Below, piece by piece: positions 37,101 to 51,008 of a stretch of 64,000 nucleotides of DNA. Position numbers and translations under genes: made by a program. The notes beneath the pieces were generated by a model that was not told where the DNA came from, ran no database searches, and was given only the letters and a program-made list of their open reading frames with translations. How positions within the stretch are numbered: position 1 is the stretch's first letter; every line of letters starts with the position of its first letter. The stretch is from Balanoglossus misakiensis (taxonomy: Eukaryota; Animalia; Hemichordata), in assembly GCA_040954595.2 (NCBI GenBank), contig JBECUI020000024.1, forward strand, positions 372,001 to 436,000, written 5' to 3'.

Positions 37101-40100
37101 ATTTTGAGTGTTTGGTGGGGTTAACCCTTGCGTCAACCTTGATTAGCCAGGCCAGAGCTAGTGGCCAGTGTCGTGCCCATTAATTTTGAGTGTTTGGTGG
37201 GGTCAACCTTTGCGTCAACATTGATTAACCAGGCCATGCAGAGCTAGTGGCCAGTGTCGTTCCCATTAATTTTGAGTGTTTGGTGGGGTCAACCTTTGCT
37301 TCAACATTGATTAACCAGGCCAGAGCTTAGTGGCCAGTGTCGTGCCCATCAATTTTGAGTGTTTGGTGGGGTCAACCCTTGCGTCAACCTTGATTAGCCA
37401 GGCCAGAGCTAGTGGCCAGTGTCGTGCCCATCAATTTTGAGTGTTTGGTGGGGTCAACCCTTGCGTCAACATTGATTAGCCAGGCCAGAGCTTAGTGGCC
37501 AGTGTCGCGCCCATTAATTTTGAGTGTTTGGTGGCGTTAACCCTTGCGTCAACCTGGATTAGCCAGGCCAGAGCTAGGGGCCAGTGTCGCGCCCATCAAT
37601 TTTGAGTGTTTGGTGGGGTCAACCCTTGCGTCAACATTGATTAGCCAGGCCAGAGCTAGTGGCCAGTGTCGTGCCCATCAATTTTGAGTGTTTGGTGGGG
37701 TCAACCCTTGCGTCAACATTGATTAGCCAGGCCAGAGCTAGTGGCCAGTGCCGTGCCCATCAATTTTGAGTGTTTGGAGGGGGTCAACCCTTGCGTCAAC
37801 CTTGATTAGCCAGGCCAGAGCTAGTGGCCAGTGTCGTGCCCATTAATTTTGAGTGTTTGGTGGGGTCAACCTTTGCGTCAACATTGATTAACCAGGCCAT
37901 GCAGAGCTAGTGGCCAGTGTCGTTCCCATTAATTTTGAGTGTTTGGTGGGGTCAACCTTTGCGTCAACATTGATTAACCATGCCATGCAGAACTAGTAGC
38001 CAGTGTCGTGCCCATTAATTTTGAGTGTTTGGTGGGGTCAACCTTTGCGTCAACATTGATTAACCAGGCCATGCAGAGCTAGTGGCCAGTGTCGTGCCTA
38101 TTAATTTTGAGTGTTTGGTGGGGTCAACCTTTGCGTCAACATTGATTAACCAGGCCATGCAGAGCTAGTGGCCAGTGTCGTGCCCATTAATTTTGAGTGT
38201 TTGGTGGGGTCAACCTTTGCGTCAACATTGATAAACCAGGCCATGCAGAGCTAGTGGCCAGTGTCGTTCCCATTAATTTTGAGTGTTTGGTGGGGTCAAC
38301 CTTTGCTTCAACATTGATTAACCAGGCCAGAGCTTAGTGGCCAGTGTCGCGCCCATTAATTTTGAGTGTTTGGTGGGGTCAACCCTTGCGTCAACCTTGA
38401 TTAGCCAGGCCAGAGCTAGTGGCCAGTGTCGTGCCCATCAATTATGAGTGTTTGGTGGGGTCAACCCTTGCGTCAACATTGATTAGCCAGGCCAGAGCTT
38501 AGTGGCCAGTGTCGCGCCCATTAATTTTGAGTGTTTGGTGGGGTTAACCCTTGCGTCAACCTGGATTAGCCAGGCCAGAGCTAGGGGCCAGTGTCGCGCC
38601 CATCAATTTTGAGTGTTTGGTGGGCTCAACCTTTGCGTCAACCTTGATTAGCCACGGCAGAGCTAGTGGCCAGTGTCGTGCCCACAAATTTTGAGTGTTT
38701 GGTGGGGTCAACCCTTGCGTCAACATTGATTAGCCAGGCCAGAGCTAGTGGCCAGTGTCGCGCCCATCAATTTTGAGTGTTTGGTGGGGTCAACCCTTGC
38801 GTCAACATTGATTAGCCAGGCCAGAGCTAGTGGCCAGTGTCGTGCCCATCAATTTTGAGTGTTTGGTGGGGTCAACCCTTGTGTCAACATTGATTAGCCA
38901 GGCCAGAGCTAGTGGCCAGTGTCGTGCCCATCAATTTTGAGTGTTTGGTGGGGTCAACCCTTGCGTCAACATTGATTAGCCAGGCCAGAGCTAGTGGCCA
39001 GTGCCGTGCCCATCAATTTTGAGTGTTTGGTGGGGTCAACCCTTGCGTCAACCTTGATTAGCCAGGCCAGAGCTAGTGGCCAGTGTCGTGCCCATTAATT
39101 TTGAGTGTTTGGTGGGGTCAACCTTTGCGTCAACATTGATTAACCAGGCCATGCAGAGCTAGTGGCCAGTGTCGTTCCCATTAATTTTGAGTGTTTGGTG
39201 GGGTCAACCTTTGCTTCAACATTGATTAACCAGGCCAGAGCTTAGTGGCCAGTGTCGTGCCCATCAATTTTGAGTGTTTGGTGGGGTCAACCCTTGCGTC
39301 AACCTTGATTAGCCAGGCCAGAGCTAGTGGCCAGTGTCGTGCCCATCAATTTTGAGTGTTTGGTGGGGTCAACCCTTGCGTCAACATTGATTAGCCAGGC
39401 CAGAGCTTAGTGGCCAGTGTTGCGCCCATTAATTTTGAGTGTTTGGTGGGGTTAACCCTTGCGTCAACCTTGATTAGCCAGGCCAGAGATAGTGGCCAGT
39501 GTCGTGCCCATTAATTTTGAGTGTTTGGTGGGGTCAACCTTTGCGTCAACATTGATTAACCAGGCCATGCAGAGCTAGTGGCCAGTGTCGTTCCCATTAA
39601 TTTTGAGTGTTTGGTGGGGTCAACCTTTGCTTCAACATTGATTAACCAGGCCAGAGCTAGTGGCCAGTGTCGTGCCCATCAATTTTGAGTGTTTGGTGGG
39701 GTCAACCCTTGTGTCAACATTGATTAGCCAGGCCAGAGCTAGTGGCCAGTGTCGTGCCCATCAATTTTGAGTGTTTGGTGGGGTCAACCCTTGCGTCAAC
39801 ATTGATTAGCCAGGCCAGAGCTAGTGGCCAGTGCCGTGCCCATCAATTTTGAGTGTTTGGTGGGGTCAACCCTTGCGTCAACCTTGATTAGCCAGGCCAG
39901 AGCTAGTGGCCAGTGTCGTGCCCATTAATTTTGAGTGTTTGGTGGGGTCAACCTTTGCGTCAACATTGATTAACCAGGCCATGCAGAGCTAGTGGCCAGT
40001 GTCGTTCCCATTAATTTTGAGTGTTTGGTGGGGTCAACCTTTGCTTCAACATTGATTAACCAGGCCAGAGCTTAGTGGCCAGTGTCGTGCCCATCAATTT

Positions 40101-43100
40101 TGAGTGTTTGGTGGGGTCAACCCTTGCGTCAACCTTGATTAGCCAGGCCAGAGCTAGTGGCCAGTGTCGTGCCCATCAATTTTGAGTGTTTGGTGGGGTC
40201 AACCCTTGCGTCAACATTGATTAGCCAGGCCAGAGCTTAGTGGCCAGTGTTGCGCCCATTAATTTTGAGTGTTTGGTGGGGTTAACCCTTGCGTCAACCT
40301 TGATTAGCCAGGCCAGAGATAGTGGCCAGTGTCGTGCCCATTAATTTTGAGTGTTTGGTGGGGTCAACCTTTGCGTCAACATTGATTAACCAGGCCATGC
40401 AGAGCTAGTGGCCAGTGTCGTTCCCATTAATTTTGAGTGTTTGGTGGGGTCAACCTTTGCTTCAACATTGATTAACCAGGCCAGAGCTTAGTGGCCAGTG
40501 TCGTGCCCATCAATTTTGAGTGTTTGGTGGGGTCAACCCTTGCGTCAACCTTGATTAGCCAGGCCAGAGCTAGTGGCCAGTGTCGTGCCCATCAATTTTG
40601 AGTGTTTGGTGGGGTCAACCCTTGCGTCAACATTGATTAGCCAGGCCAGAGCTTAGTGGCCAGTGTCGCGCCCATTAATTTTGAGTGTTTGGTGGGGTTA
40701 ACCCTTGCGTCAACCTGGATTAGCCAGGCCAGAGCTAGTGGCCAGTGTCGTGCCCATCAATTTTGAGTGTTTGGTGGGGTCAACCTTTGCGTCAACCTTG
40801 ATTAGCCACGCCAGAGCTAGTGGCCAGTGTCGTGCCCATCAATTTTGAGTGTTTGGTGGGGTCAACCCTTGCGTCAACATTGATTAACCAGGCCATGCAG
40901 AGCTAGTGGCCAGTGTCGTTCCCATTAATTTTGAGTGTTTGGTGGGGTCAACCTTTGCTTCAACATTGATTAACCAGGCCAGAGCTTAGTGGCCAGTGTC
41001 GTGCCCATCAATTTTGAGTGTTTGGTGGGGTCAACCCTTGCGTCAACCTTGATTAGCCAGGCCAGAGCTAGTGGCCAGTGTCGTGCCCACAAATTTTGAG
41101 TGTTTGGTGGGGTCAACCCTTGCGTCAACATTGATTAGCCAGGCCAGAGCTTAGTGGCCAGTGTCGCGCCCATTAATTTTGAGTGTTTGGTGGGGTTAAC
41201 CCCTGCGTCAACCTGGATTAGCCAGGCCAGAGCTAGTGGCCAGTGTCGTGCCCATCAATTTTGAGTGTTTGGTGGGGTCAACCTTTGCGTCAACCTTGAT
41301 TAGCCACGCCAGAGCTAGTGGCCAGTGTCGCGCCCATCAATTTTGAGTGTTTGGTGGGGTCAACCTTTGCGTCAACCTTGATTAGCCACGCCAGAGCTAG
41401 TGGCCAGTGTCGTGCCCATCAATTTTGAGTGTTTGGTGGGGTCAACCCTTGCGTCAACATTGATTAGCCAGGCCAGAGCTAGTGGCCAGTGTCGCGCCCA
41501 TTAATTTTGAGTGTTTGGTGGGGTCAACCCTTGCGTCAACATTGATTAGCCAGGCCAGAGCTAGTGGCCAGTGTCGCGCCCATCAATTTTGAGTGTTTGG
41601 TGGGGTCAACCTTTGCGTCAACATTGATTAACCATGCCATGCAGAACTAGTAGCCAGTGTCGTGCCCATTAATTTTGAGTGTTTGGTGGGGTCAACCTTT
41701 GCGTCAACATTGATTAACCAGGCCATGCAGAGCTAGTGGCCAGTGTCGTGCCTATTAATTTTGAGTGTTTGGTGGGGTCAACCTTTGCGTCAACATTGAT
41801 TAACCAGGCCATGCAGAGCTAGTGGCCAGTGTCGTGCCCATTAATTTTGAGTGTTTGGTGGGGTCAACCTTTGCGTCAACATTGATAAACCAGGCCATGC
41901 AGAGCTAGTGGCCAGTGTCGTTCCCATTAATTTTGAGTGTTTGGTGGGGTCAACCTTTGCTTCAACATTGATTAACCAGGCCAGAGCTTAGTGGCCAGTG
42001 TCGCGCCCATTAATTTTGAGTGTTTGGTGGGGTCAACCCTTGCGTCAACCTTGATTAGCCAGGCCAGAGCTAGTGGCCAGTGTCGTGCCCATCAATTATG
42101 AGTGTTTGGTGGGGTCAACCCTTGCGTCAACATTGATTAGCCAGGCCAGAGCTTAGTGGCCAGTGTCGCGCCCATTAATTTTGAGTGTTTGGTGGGGTTA
42201 ACCCTTGCGTCAACCTGGATTAGCCAGGCCAGAGCTAGGGGCCAGTGTCGCGCCCATCAATTTTGAGTGTTTGGTGGGCTCAACCTTTGCGTCAACCTTG
42301 ATTAGCCACGGCAGAGCTAGTGGCCAGTGTCGTGCCCACAAATTTTGAGTGTTTGGTGGGGTCAACCCTTGCGTCAACATTGATTAGCCAGGCCAGAGCT
42401 AGTGGCCAGTGTCGCGCCCATCAATTTTGAGTGTTTGGTGGGGTCAACCCTTGCGTCAACATTGATTAGCCAGGCCAGAGCTAGTGGCCAGTGTCGTGCC
42501 CATCAATTTTGAGTGTTTGGTGGGGTCAACCCTTGTGTCAACATTGATTAGCCAGGCCAGAGCTAGTGGCCAGTGTCGTGCCCATCAATTTTGAGTGTTT
42601 GGTGGGGTCAACCCTTGCGTCAACATTGATTAGCCAGGCCAGAGCTAGTGGCCAGTGCCGTGCCCATCAATTTTGAGTGTTTGGTGGGGTCAACCCTTGC
42701 GTCAACCTTGATTAGCCAGGCCAGAGCTAGTGGCCAGTGTCGTGCCCATTAATTTTGAGTGTTTGGTGGGGTCAACCTTTGCGTCAACATTGATTAACCA
42801 GGCCATGCAGAGCTAGTGGCCAGTGTCGTTCCCATTAATTTTGAGTGTTTGGTGGGGTCAACCTTTGCTTCAACATTGATTAACCAGGCCAGAGCTTAGT
42901 GGCCAGTGTCGTGCCCATCAATTTTGAGTGTTTGGTGGGGTCAACCCTTGCGTCAACCTTGATTAGCCAGGCCAGAGCTAGTGGCCAGTGTCGTGCCCAT
43001 CAATTTTGAGTGTTTGGTGGGGTCAACCCTTGCGTCAACATTGATTAGCCAGGCCAGAGCTTAGTGGCCAGTGTTGCGCCCATTAATTTTGAGTGTTTGG

Positions 43101-45255
43101 TGGGGTTAACCCTTGCGTCAACCTTGATTAGCCAGGCCAGAGATAGTGGCCAGTGTCGTGCCCATTAATTTTGAGTGTTTGGTGGGGTCAACCTTTGCGT
43201 CAACATTGATTAACCAGGCCATGCAGAGCTAGTGGCCAGTGTCGTTCCCATTAATTTTGAGTGTTTGGTGGGGTCAACCTTTGCTTCAACATTGATTAAC
43301 CAGGCCAGAGCTTAGTGGCCAGTGTCGTGCCCATCAATTTTGAGTGTTTGGTGGGGTCAACCCTTGCGTCAACCTTGATTAGCCAGGCCAGAGCTAGTGG
43401 CCAGTGTCGTGCCCATCAATTTTGAGTGTTTGGTGGGGTCAACCCTTGCGTCAACATTGATTAGCCAGGCCAGAGCTTAGTGGCCAGTGTCGCGCCCATT
43501 AATTTTGAGTGTTTGGTGGGGTTAACCCTTGCGTCAACCTGGATTAGCCAGGCCAGAGCTAGTGGCCAGTGTCGTGCCCATCAATTTTGAGTGTTTGGTG
43601 GGGTCAACCTTTGCGTCAACCTTGATTAGCCACGCCAGAGCTAGTGGCCAGTGTCGTGCCCATCAATTTTGAGTGTTTGGTGGGGTCAACCCTTGCGTCA
43701 ACATTGATTAACCAGGCCATGCAGAGCTAGTGGCCAGTGTCGTTCCCATTAATTTTGAGTGTTTGGTGGGGTCAACCTTTGCTTCAACATTGATTAACCA
43801 GGCCAGAGCTTAGTGGCCAGTGTCGTGCCCATCAATTTTGAGTGTTTGGTGGGGTCAACCCTTGCGTCAACCTTGATTAGCCAGGCCAGAGCTAGTGGCC
43901 AGTGTCGTGCCCATCAATTTTGAGTGTTTGGTGGGGTCAACCCTTGCGTCAACATTGATTAGCCAGGCCAGAGCTTAGTGGCCAGTGTCGCGCCCATTAA
44001 TTTTGAGTGTTTGGTGGGGTTAACCCCTGCGTCAACCTGGATTAGCCAGGCCAGAGCTAGTGGCCAGTGTCGTGCCCATCAATTTTGAGTGTTTGGTGGG
44101 GTCAACCTTTGCGTCAACCTTGATTAGCCACGCCAGAGCTAGTGGCCAGTGTCGCGCCCATCAATTTTGAGTGTTTGGTGGGGTCAACCTTTGCGTCAAC
44201 CTTGATTAGCCACGCCAGAGCTAGTGGCCAGTGTCGTGCCCATCAATTTTGAGTGTTTGGTGGGGTCAACCCTTGCGTCAACATTGATTAGCCAGGCCAG
44301 AGCTAGTGGCCAGTGTCGCGCCCATTAATTTTGAGTGTTTGGTGGGGTCAACCCTTGCGTCAACATTGATTAGCCAGGCCAGAGCTAGTGGCCAGTGTCG
44401 CGCCCATCAATTTTGAGTGTTTGGTGGGGTCAACCCTTGCGTCAACATTGATTAGCCAGGCCAGAGCTAGTGGCCAGTGTCGTGCCCATCAATTTTGAGT
44501 GTTTGGTGAGGTCAACCTTTGCGTCAACATTGATTAACCAGGCCATGCAGAGCTACATTGTAGTGGCCAGTGTCGTGCCCATCAATTTTGAGTGTTTGGT
44601 GGGGTCAACCTTTGCGTCAACATTGATTAACCAGGCCATGCAGAGCTAGTGGCCAGTGTCGTGCCCATCAATTTTGAGTGTTTGGTGGGGTCAACCTTTG
44701 CGTCAACATTGATTAACCAGGCCATGCAGAGCTACATTGTAGTGGCCAGTGTCGTGCCCATCAATTTTGAGTGTTTGGTGGGGTCAACCTTTGCGTCAAC
44801 ATTGATTAACCAGGCCATGCAGAGCTAGTGGCCAGTGTCGTGCCCATCAATTTTGAGTGTTTGGTGGGGTCAACCTTTGCGTCAACATTGATTAACCAGG
44901 CCATGCAGAGCTAGTGGCCAGTGTCGTGCCCATCAATTTTGAGTGTTTGGTGGGGTCAACCTTTGCGTCAACATTGATTAACCAGGCCATGCAGAGCTAG
45001 TGGCCAGTGTCGTGCCCATCAATTTTGAGTGTTTGGTGGGGTCAACCTTTGCGTCAACATTGATTAACCAGGCCATGCAGAGCTAGTGGCCAGTGTCGTG
45101 CCCATCAATTTTGAGTGTTTGGTGGGGTCAACCTTTGCGTCAACATTGATTAACCAGGCCATGCAGAGCTAGTGGCCAGTGTCGTGCCCATTAATTTTGA
45201 GTGTTTGGTAGGGTCAACCTTTGCGTCAACATTGATTAACCAGGCCATGCAGAGC
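34149..45255. repeat. Satellite array of ~130 monomers of 83-86 bp with higher-order structure
   Basis: Unit AGTGGCCAGTGTCGTGCCCATYAATTTTGAGTGTTTGGTGGGGTCAACCYTTGCGTCAACATTGATTARCCAGGCCA(TGC)GAGCT repeated head to tail. Confidence 0.99.
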
Positions 45256-45859
45256 TACATGTATGTTGCCTGTAAGGCACACATCTCCAATTGGTACATT
45301 GGGCCTATCATACTGTACATGTACAACTAGGAAAATGTACTTCATCATATTTCCATAGTCAGCAGCTTCAAGAACATGTTGCCTTCTCTATATGAATGTT
45401 TAGACTAAAAAGAAGTATAAGAAGAATAAAGTTGTCCAATTATTGTTGGCAGGGGGTGGGGATGTGTGCTCCCATACAAATGTATATGGGTATGTACTCT
45501 TTAAGAAAAACCTTCATATGCAAGAGAAAAATGGTAAATGACAAAGAAAATTTGACTGGTATTACAATAGGTCGGGTTTTTGGCATTTACACATATTGAT
45601 GTTATCAACCGGGAAGCACACTACATGCTGAAAATAATTGGAGACCTCTCGCCCGGGGTGTCGGCCAGTGGCCACATACATTTCCAGTCCTAAACCTTGC
45701 ATCAGTTCTGTGGTGCGGAATAAGAAATAAGATTGGCGCTACAATATGCCCACTTAGTTTGAAATGGATTCTGCATATATACATGTAAACACATTGAAAA
45801 TGAGATATTACACATATAATCATGGGACAAGAAGGGCAAAAATTAAATTATCCAGCAGG

Positions 45860-46520
45860 TGTTCGAATTATGCAAATTAGAACAGTTGTCTAATATTGCC
45901 ATGTCAACCACGTTGAAATTGTTTTAGGTACCCATATTAATTAAAACCGTGAAAATGCGATATTACACACCATATAAGACAAACCAGGGAAATTTACATG
46001 TTAGAGAAGTTTGTCGGCCATTTGGATTATGCAAATTAGAACAGTTGTCTAATATTGCCATGTCAACCACGCTGAAATTGTTTTAGTTACCCATATTGAT
46101 GAAAACCCTGCAAATGCGATTTTAGGCACCATATAAGACAAAACAGGGAAATTTACATTTAAGAAGAGTTTGATGGACATTTTGGATTATGCAAATTAGA
46201 ACAGCTGTCTAATATTGCCATGTCAACGACGTTGAAATTGTTTTAGGTACCCATATTGATGAAAACCCTGCAAATGCGATATTACACACTATTAAAGACA
46301 ACCATAGTAAATTTACATGTTAGAGAAGTTTGTCGGCCATTCTAGATTATGCAAATTAGAACAGCTGTCTAACATTGCAATGTCAACCACGTTGAAATTG
46401 TTTTAGGTACCCATATTGATGAAAACCCTTCAAATGCGATACTACACACTATTTAAGACGACCATAGGAAATTTACATGTTAGAGGAGTTTGGCGGCCAT
46501 TTTGGACTATGCAAATGAGA
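45860..46520. repeat. Tandem repeat, ~160-bp unit x4
   Basis: attatgcaaattagaacag recurs at ~45868, 46026, 46186 and 46346. Confidence 0.9.
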
Positions 46521-46609
46521 AGAGTTGAACAAAAAATAGCGTCAAGGACACTGTGGTCCCATTTGAGGACATAGCACATAGCAACATAGCAATAAGCATA
46601 TCTGCTCTC

Positions 46610-48000
46610 GATGCCAAGATATGGAAAAGTAGGTCAAAGGTCACCTGAGGTCATGCAAAATTTGGGCAAGAAATTTTGACCCTATACTGGTCCATGTTTT
46701 AACAAAAACCAAACCTATAGCCCTATTGGTTAGCCTGGAATTAGGTATGCACATAATTAATGAGATATGCAGGTGTCACAGGTGACCCCCAATTTTGGCT
46801 TTTCAATTTTAGTCCCAACCCTCCAAACGCCAAGTCTGTACCTGCTCTGGATGCCAAGATATGATAAAGTAGGTCAAAGGTCACCTGAGCTCATGCAAAA
46901 TGTGGGCAAGAAATTTTGACCTTATACTGGTCCATGTTCAATAAAAACCAAACCTATAGCCTTATTGGTTAGCCTTGAATTAGGTATGCACATAATTAAT
47001 GAGATATGCAGGTGTCACAGGTGACCCCCAATTTTGGCTTTTCAATTTTAGTCCCAACCCCCCCCCCCCCAAACGCCAAGTCTGTACCTGCTCTGGATGC
47101 CAAGATATGGAAAAGTAGGTCAAAGGTCACCTGAGGTCATGCAAAATTTGGGCAAGAAATTTTGACCCTATACTGGTCCATGTTTTAACAAAAACCAAAC
47201 CTATAGCCCTATTGGTTAGCCTGGAATTAGGTATGCACATAATTAATGAGATATGCAGGTGTCACAGGTGACCCCCAATTTTGGCTTTTCAATTTTAGTC
47301 CCAACCCTCCAAACGCCAAGTCTGTACCTGCTCTGGATGCCAAGATATGATAAAGTAGGTCAAAGGTCACCTGAGCTCATGCAAAATGTGGGCAAGAAAT
47401 TTTGACCTTATACTGGTCCATGTTCAATAAAAACCAAACCTATAGCCTTATTGGTTAGCCTTGAATTAGGTATGCACATAATTAATGAGATATGCAGGTG
47501 TCACAGGTGACCCCCAATTTTGGCTTTTCAATTTTAGTCCCAACCCCCCCCCCCAAACGCCAAGTCTGTACCTGCTCTGGATGCCAAGATATGGAAAAGT
47601 AGGTCAAAGGTCACCTGAGGTCATGCAAAATTTGGGCAAGAAATTTTGACCCTATACTGGTCCATGTTCAACAAAAACCAAACCTATAGCCCTATTGGTT
47701 AGCCTGGAATTAGGTATGCACATAATTAATGAGATATGCAGGTGTCACAGGTGACCTATATTTTGGCTTTTCAATTTTAGTCCCAACCCTCCAAACGCCA
47801 AGTCAGTACCTGCTCTGGATGCCGAGATATAGGAAAGTAGGTCAAAGGTCACCTGAGGTCACCCAAAATTTGGGCAAGAAATTTTGACCCTATACTGGTC
47901 CATGTCCCACAAGAACGAAACCTCTAGCCCTATTAGTTAGCCCGGAATTAGGTAAGCACATAATTAATGTGTTAAGCAGGTGTTACAGGTGAGCCCAAAA
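46610..48000. repeat. Tandem repeat, ~240-bp unit x~6 (alternating A/B variants)
   Basis: gatgccaagatat...aggtcaaaggtcacctgag at ~46610, 46850, 47096, 47336, 47580 and 47818. Confidence 0.93.
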
Positions 48001-48929
48001 ATTTGCCTTTTATTTTTGCCCCGTTGTGCTCACTGACCAATAGACAGTCACTGTACAGGACTATTGCACAGACCAGAATTCCACAATAAGACGTGGACAT
48101 AGCTTAACCATTGAGGTATAAGTAAAGGTATAAATTTAATAAAAAGACTAAAAAAATCATAAAAAATAAAACATCCATAATATCAACTTAACACTTACAG
48201 GTCGGTGTGAGGTTGACATATGGTACATGCATACCAATTTTCAAAGCAATCTGACCAGTAGTTGTTGACTTACAGAGTTTTGATCAATTTCACAATTTTC
48301 CAGCTAATTTGCATATTTTTGGGCCTGGCAACTTCGTTTGGACAAACTCCCATCTACAGCCCTGCCTGCACCTACACACCAAATATTGAGGTGATACGCG
48401 CAGCGGTTTTCAAGTTTTTGATGTGGACGGACATACAGACATACATCCATACATCCATACATCCATACATCCATCCATACATACATACAGACGCAACCCA
48501 TCCCATAAGGTCCCATGGTATATAGGCCTATACCAATGGGACCTAAAAATGCCATATTTGCAATGCTGTTGTCTTGTTTTGGGTGCCTATGTTAAGGCTT
48601 GAAAATGAAAGCTTATTCACCATTTTGGCACAAACAGTGGCGAGAAGGTGTTCCAATGCAACTTAGAAGAGTTGCCATATTTGCAATACAGTTATATTGT
48701 TTAAGGTATGAATGCAAATCCTGAATATTAGATTTATAACAATTTCATTGGAAAGAACATTTGTAGGTTCATCATTGACCCCATAGGACTGTCAACTCGA
48801 CTACAGACAGTCTCGATGAACACAAGACATGATCCCAATTTGCAAGCTGAGTTGAAACTGACTGCTGCAGTAACTTTAGCTCTGGGAATGTCTTGTGTGA
48901 TTTAAAGCAATTGATGACCAAATTTAATA

Positions 48930-49677
48930 CAGTTTCTCTGAGGTAACCACTTAGCTTTCGTGACTGGTTGTTTAAGAATCCAAAAAACATGAATTCTACC
49001 CAATGAATTCAACCCTTAGAATTTCACAACTGTAACAGAGTTTGCAGTCATGCACAAAAGTGTGTATCATACACATAGGAAATTTCTCACATGTATTTTT
49101 ATGATGGCAATGCATTTGACTGTAAACAAACATTGACATCAGTCAGTAGCGCTATTTTGTCAGTGAAATGGCTTCATCATCATCCCTCCAACCAAAGTTG
49201 AAACTGAGTTGCAAATATTGCACAGCTTGAAATCATAAAATGTTGCAAAATTGAACCAACAGTTCGGTCAATGATCAAGTTCTTACAGCTATTATTAGAA
49301 CCAGACAATCTCAGCGAACAAGAGACATGGGCCTTATTTGCAAGTCGAGTTAGAACTGCCTTTGCCTGCCCACGGACGCCCCAGTTTCAGCAAAAATTAT
49401 TGCATCAAAATGTGAGTATGGAGAACTATGCTCTGTGTTCCTTTTGTTAGCTTACATAGCTGTTGTCATTCTAGTTTTTCCTCTGTCCTGTGAACAGAGT
49501 TTCAGTTGCGAAAACCGACAGTTCTCAAAGTACAAAAGTACACCTAAATTGCCTCGGTGATGAGCATGCAGAATTTATCTGATGCTTTTTACTGGCAGAA
49601 GGACCCCACCAGTTGCAGATTGTCAATTCCATGGCACAAGGGAATTTACGCTTTGCGTTCAAATATAAATAATTAAC
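48930..49677 (+). repeat. Interspersed repeat with an inverted partner at 55888-56620
   Basis: ~700 bp of reverse-complement similarity. Both inner ends stop at aattaa/ttaatt. Confidence 0.9.
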
Positions 49678-51008
49678 ACCTGTTTAATTTTTCTATATGT
49701 TCTTAAGTGATGATTCAAAAGTATTATGACTGCTAGTGTGATTAATATTCTATTTTCAAAATGTGTTTCTCTTAATGATTATGAATACATCAAAATTTAT
49801 GCTTTAAAATTAAATCATTATACCTGAAATATTGCAAATATTTGGAGGGTTGCATTTAATTTGAAGTTCTCGATCAAAGTTTTAGGCATAAAAAAGGTGC
49901 TACACCCCCGAAAAATTGGTAGCTATGAATTCAATTCAAAGAGTGTTTGAACGTCTGTTTTGCAACAGGGTGCCAGTTCAACAAAGCGCATGAGGATAGT
50001 AAATCACCTTTGTGAATTTTGTGCACCACAGTAAGAATTCCCTAGAAACTGCAAACTAAATTGCAAAGCAATCAGACAAAAATGGCAGTAATTGCTAAAA
50101 AAAAAAAAACAATATTGTCACTTCCATCACTGGGTTTGTTAAATTGTCATAAAATCACACCTAAGAACATGCAAACCAAATTTTAAAAAAAATGTGGGTA
50201 GAGGTTTCTGAGTATATGACGACCAAAATCACCCCAAAATATACTTCAAAAATGAAAAATAAAATCTGTATAAAGTCTCAATAACATAAATACACACCAA
50301 TTTCTAAAACAATCTGACCAGTACCTTCTTGAGTTTCTGAGTTTAGAACAATTTCACATTGGTCCCAATGGTATATTGACATATACAAAATTGGACCTAA
50401 AGAGTAAAACACATTTCAAAGATTTTACAATTAAAGCCTCACAAGCTGCCAAATTTTACACATCTTTTTCCACAATAACATTTTTCAAATCATCCACCTA
50501 TCCTTTAAAATCAGCACCATTGAGCCATATTACTTGAATTTGCATGGGGTTTGTCATCTCTCTGCGATGTGTACCCTCCATATGGAGGCTGATTAAAACA
50601 GGTGTGGCGCTCGTTTAATATCTGACTTCTTTAAATTGCAACATACAGGCACATTCATTAGTCAATAAAATGTTCATGTATACCTATCAGTCTGTTTGTT
50701 TAGATGAACAAATCTAAGATGGAAAGTAATATCATGAAAATACTGAAAGATTGGAAACTCTGAGTTTGAGTCTAAGGATAACAAGGGAACCTCTCTACTA
50801 TTTGACGCACCAAAGCTATGAAAAACTTCCTTCTTTCCCTCAAATATTTTTTATGAATATGTTCTACTCCGTGATTAAAATTTCCCTTTTACCAAATGTA
50901 CATATGTAAGAGACGAGATTTTTTCAGCAAAATTTCAAATGGCCTAGGGTGACTTTTTACCTACTTACCCATATTGGGTAGCATGAAACACAGAATGGCA
51001 TACCAGTG

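Larger units (their letters stand above)
45830..48549 (+). mobile_element. Putative non-autonomous Helentron (HINE/pearl-like) element carrying internal tandem arrays
   Basis: Ends with a (CATA/CATC)n microsatellite, then the hairpin aggtcccatggtata-taggcc-tataccaatgggacct and an A-run. The left boundary is uncertain. Confidence 0.5.

Noticed and set aside
34149-45255. CRISPR array
   Set aside because: The whole monomer repeats with no unique spacers, there are no cas genes, and the context is eukaryotic.
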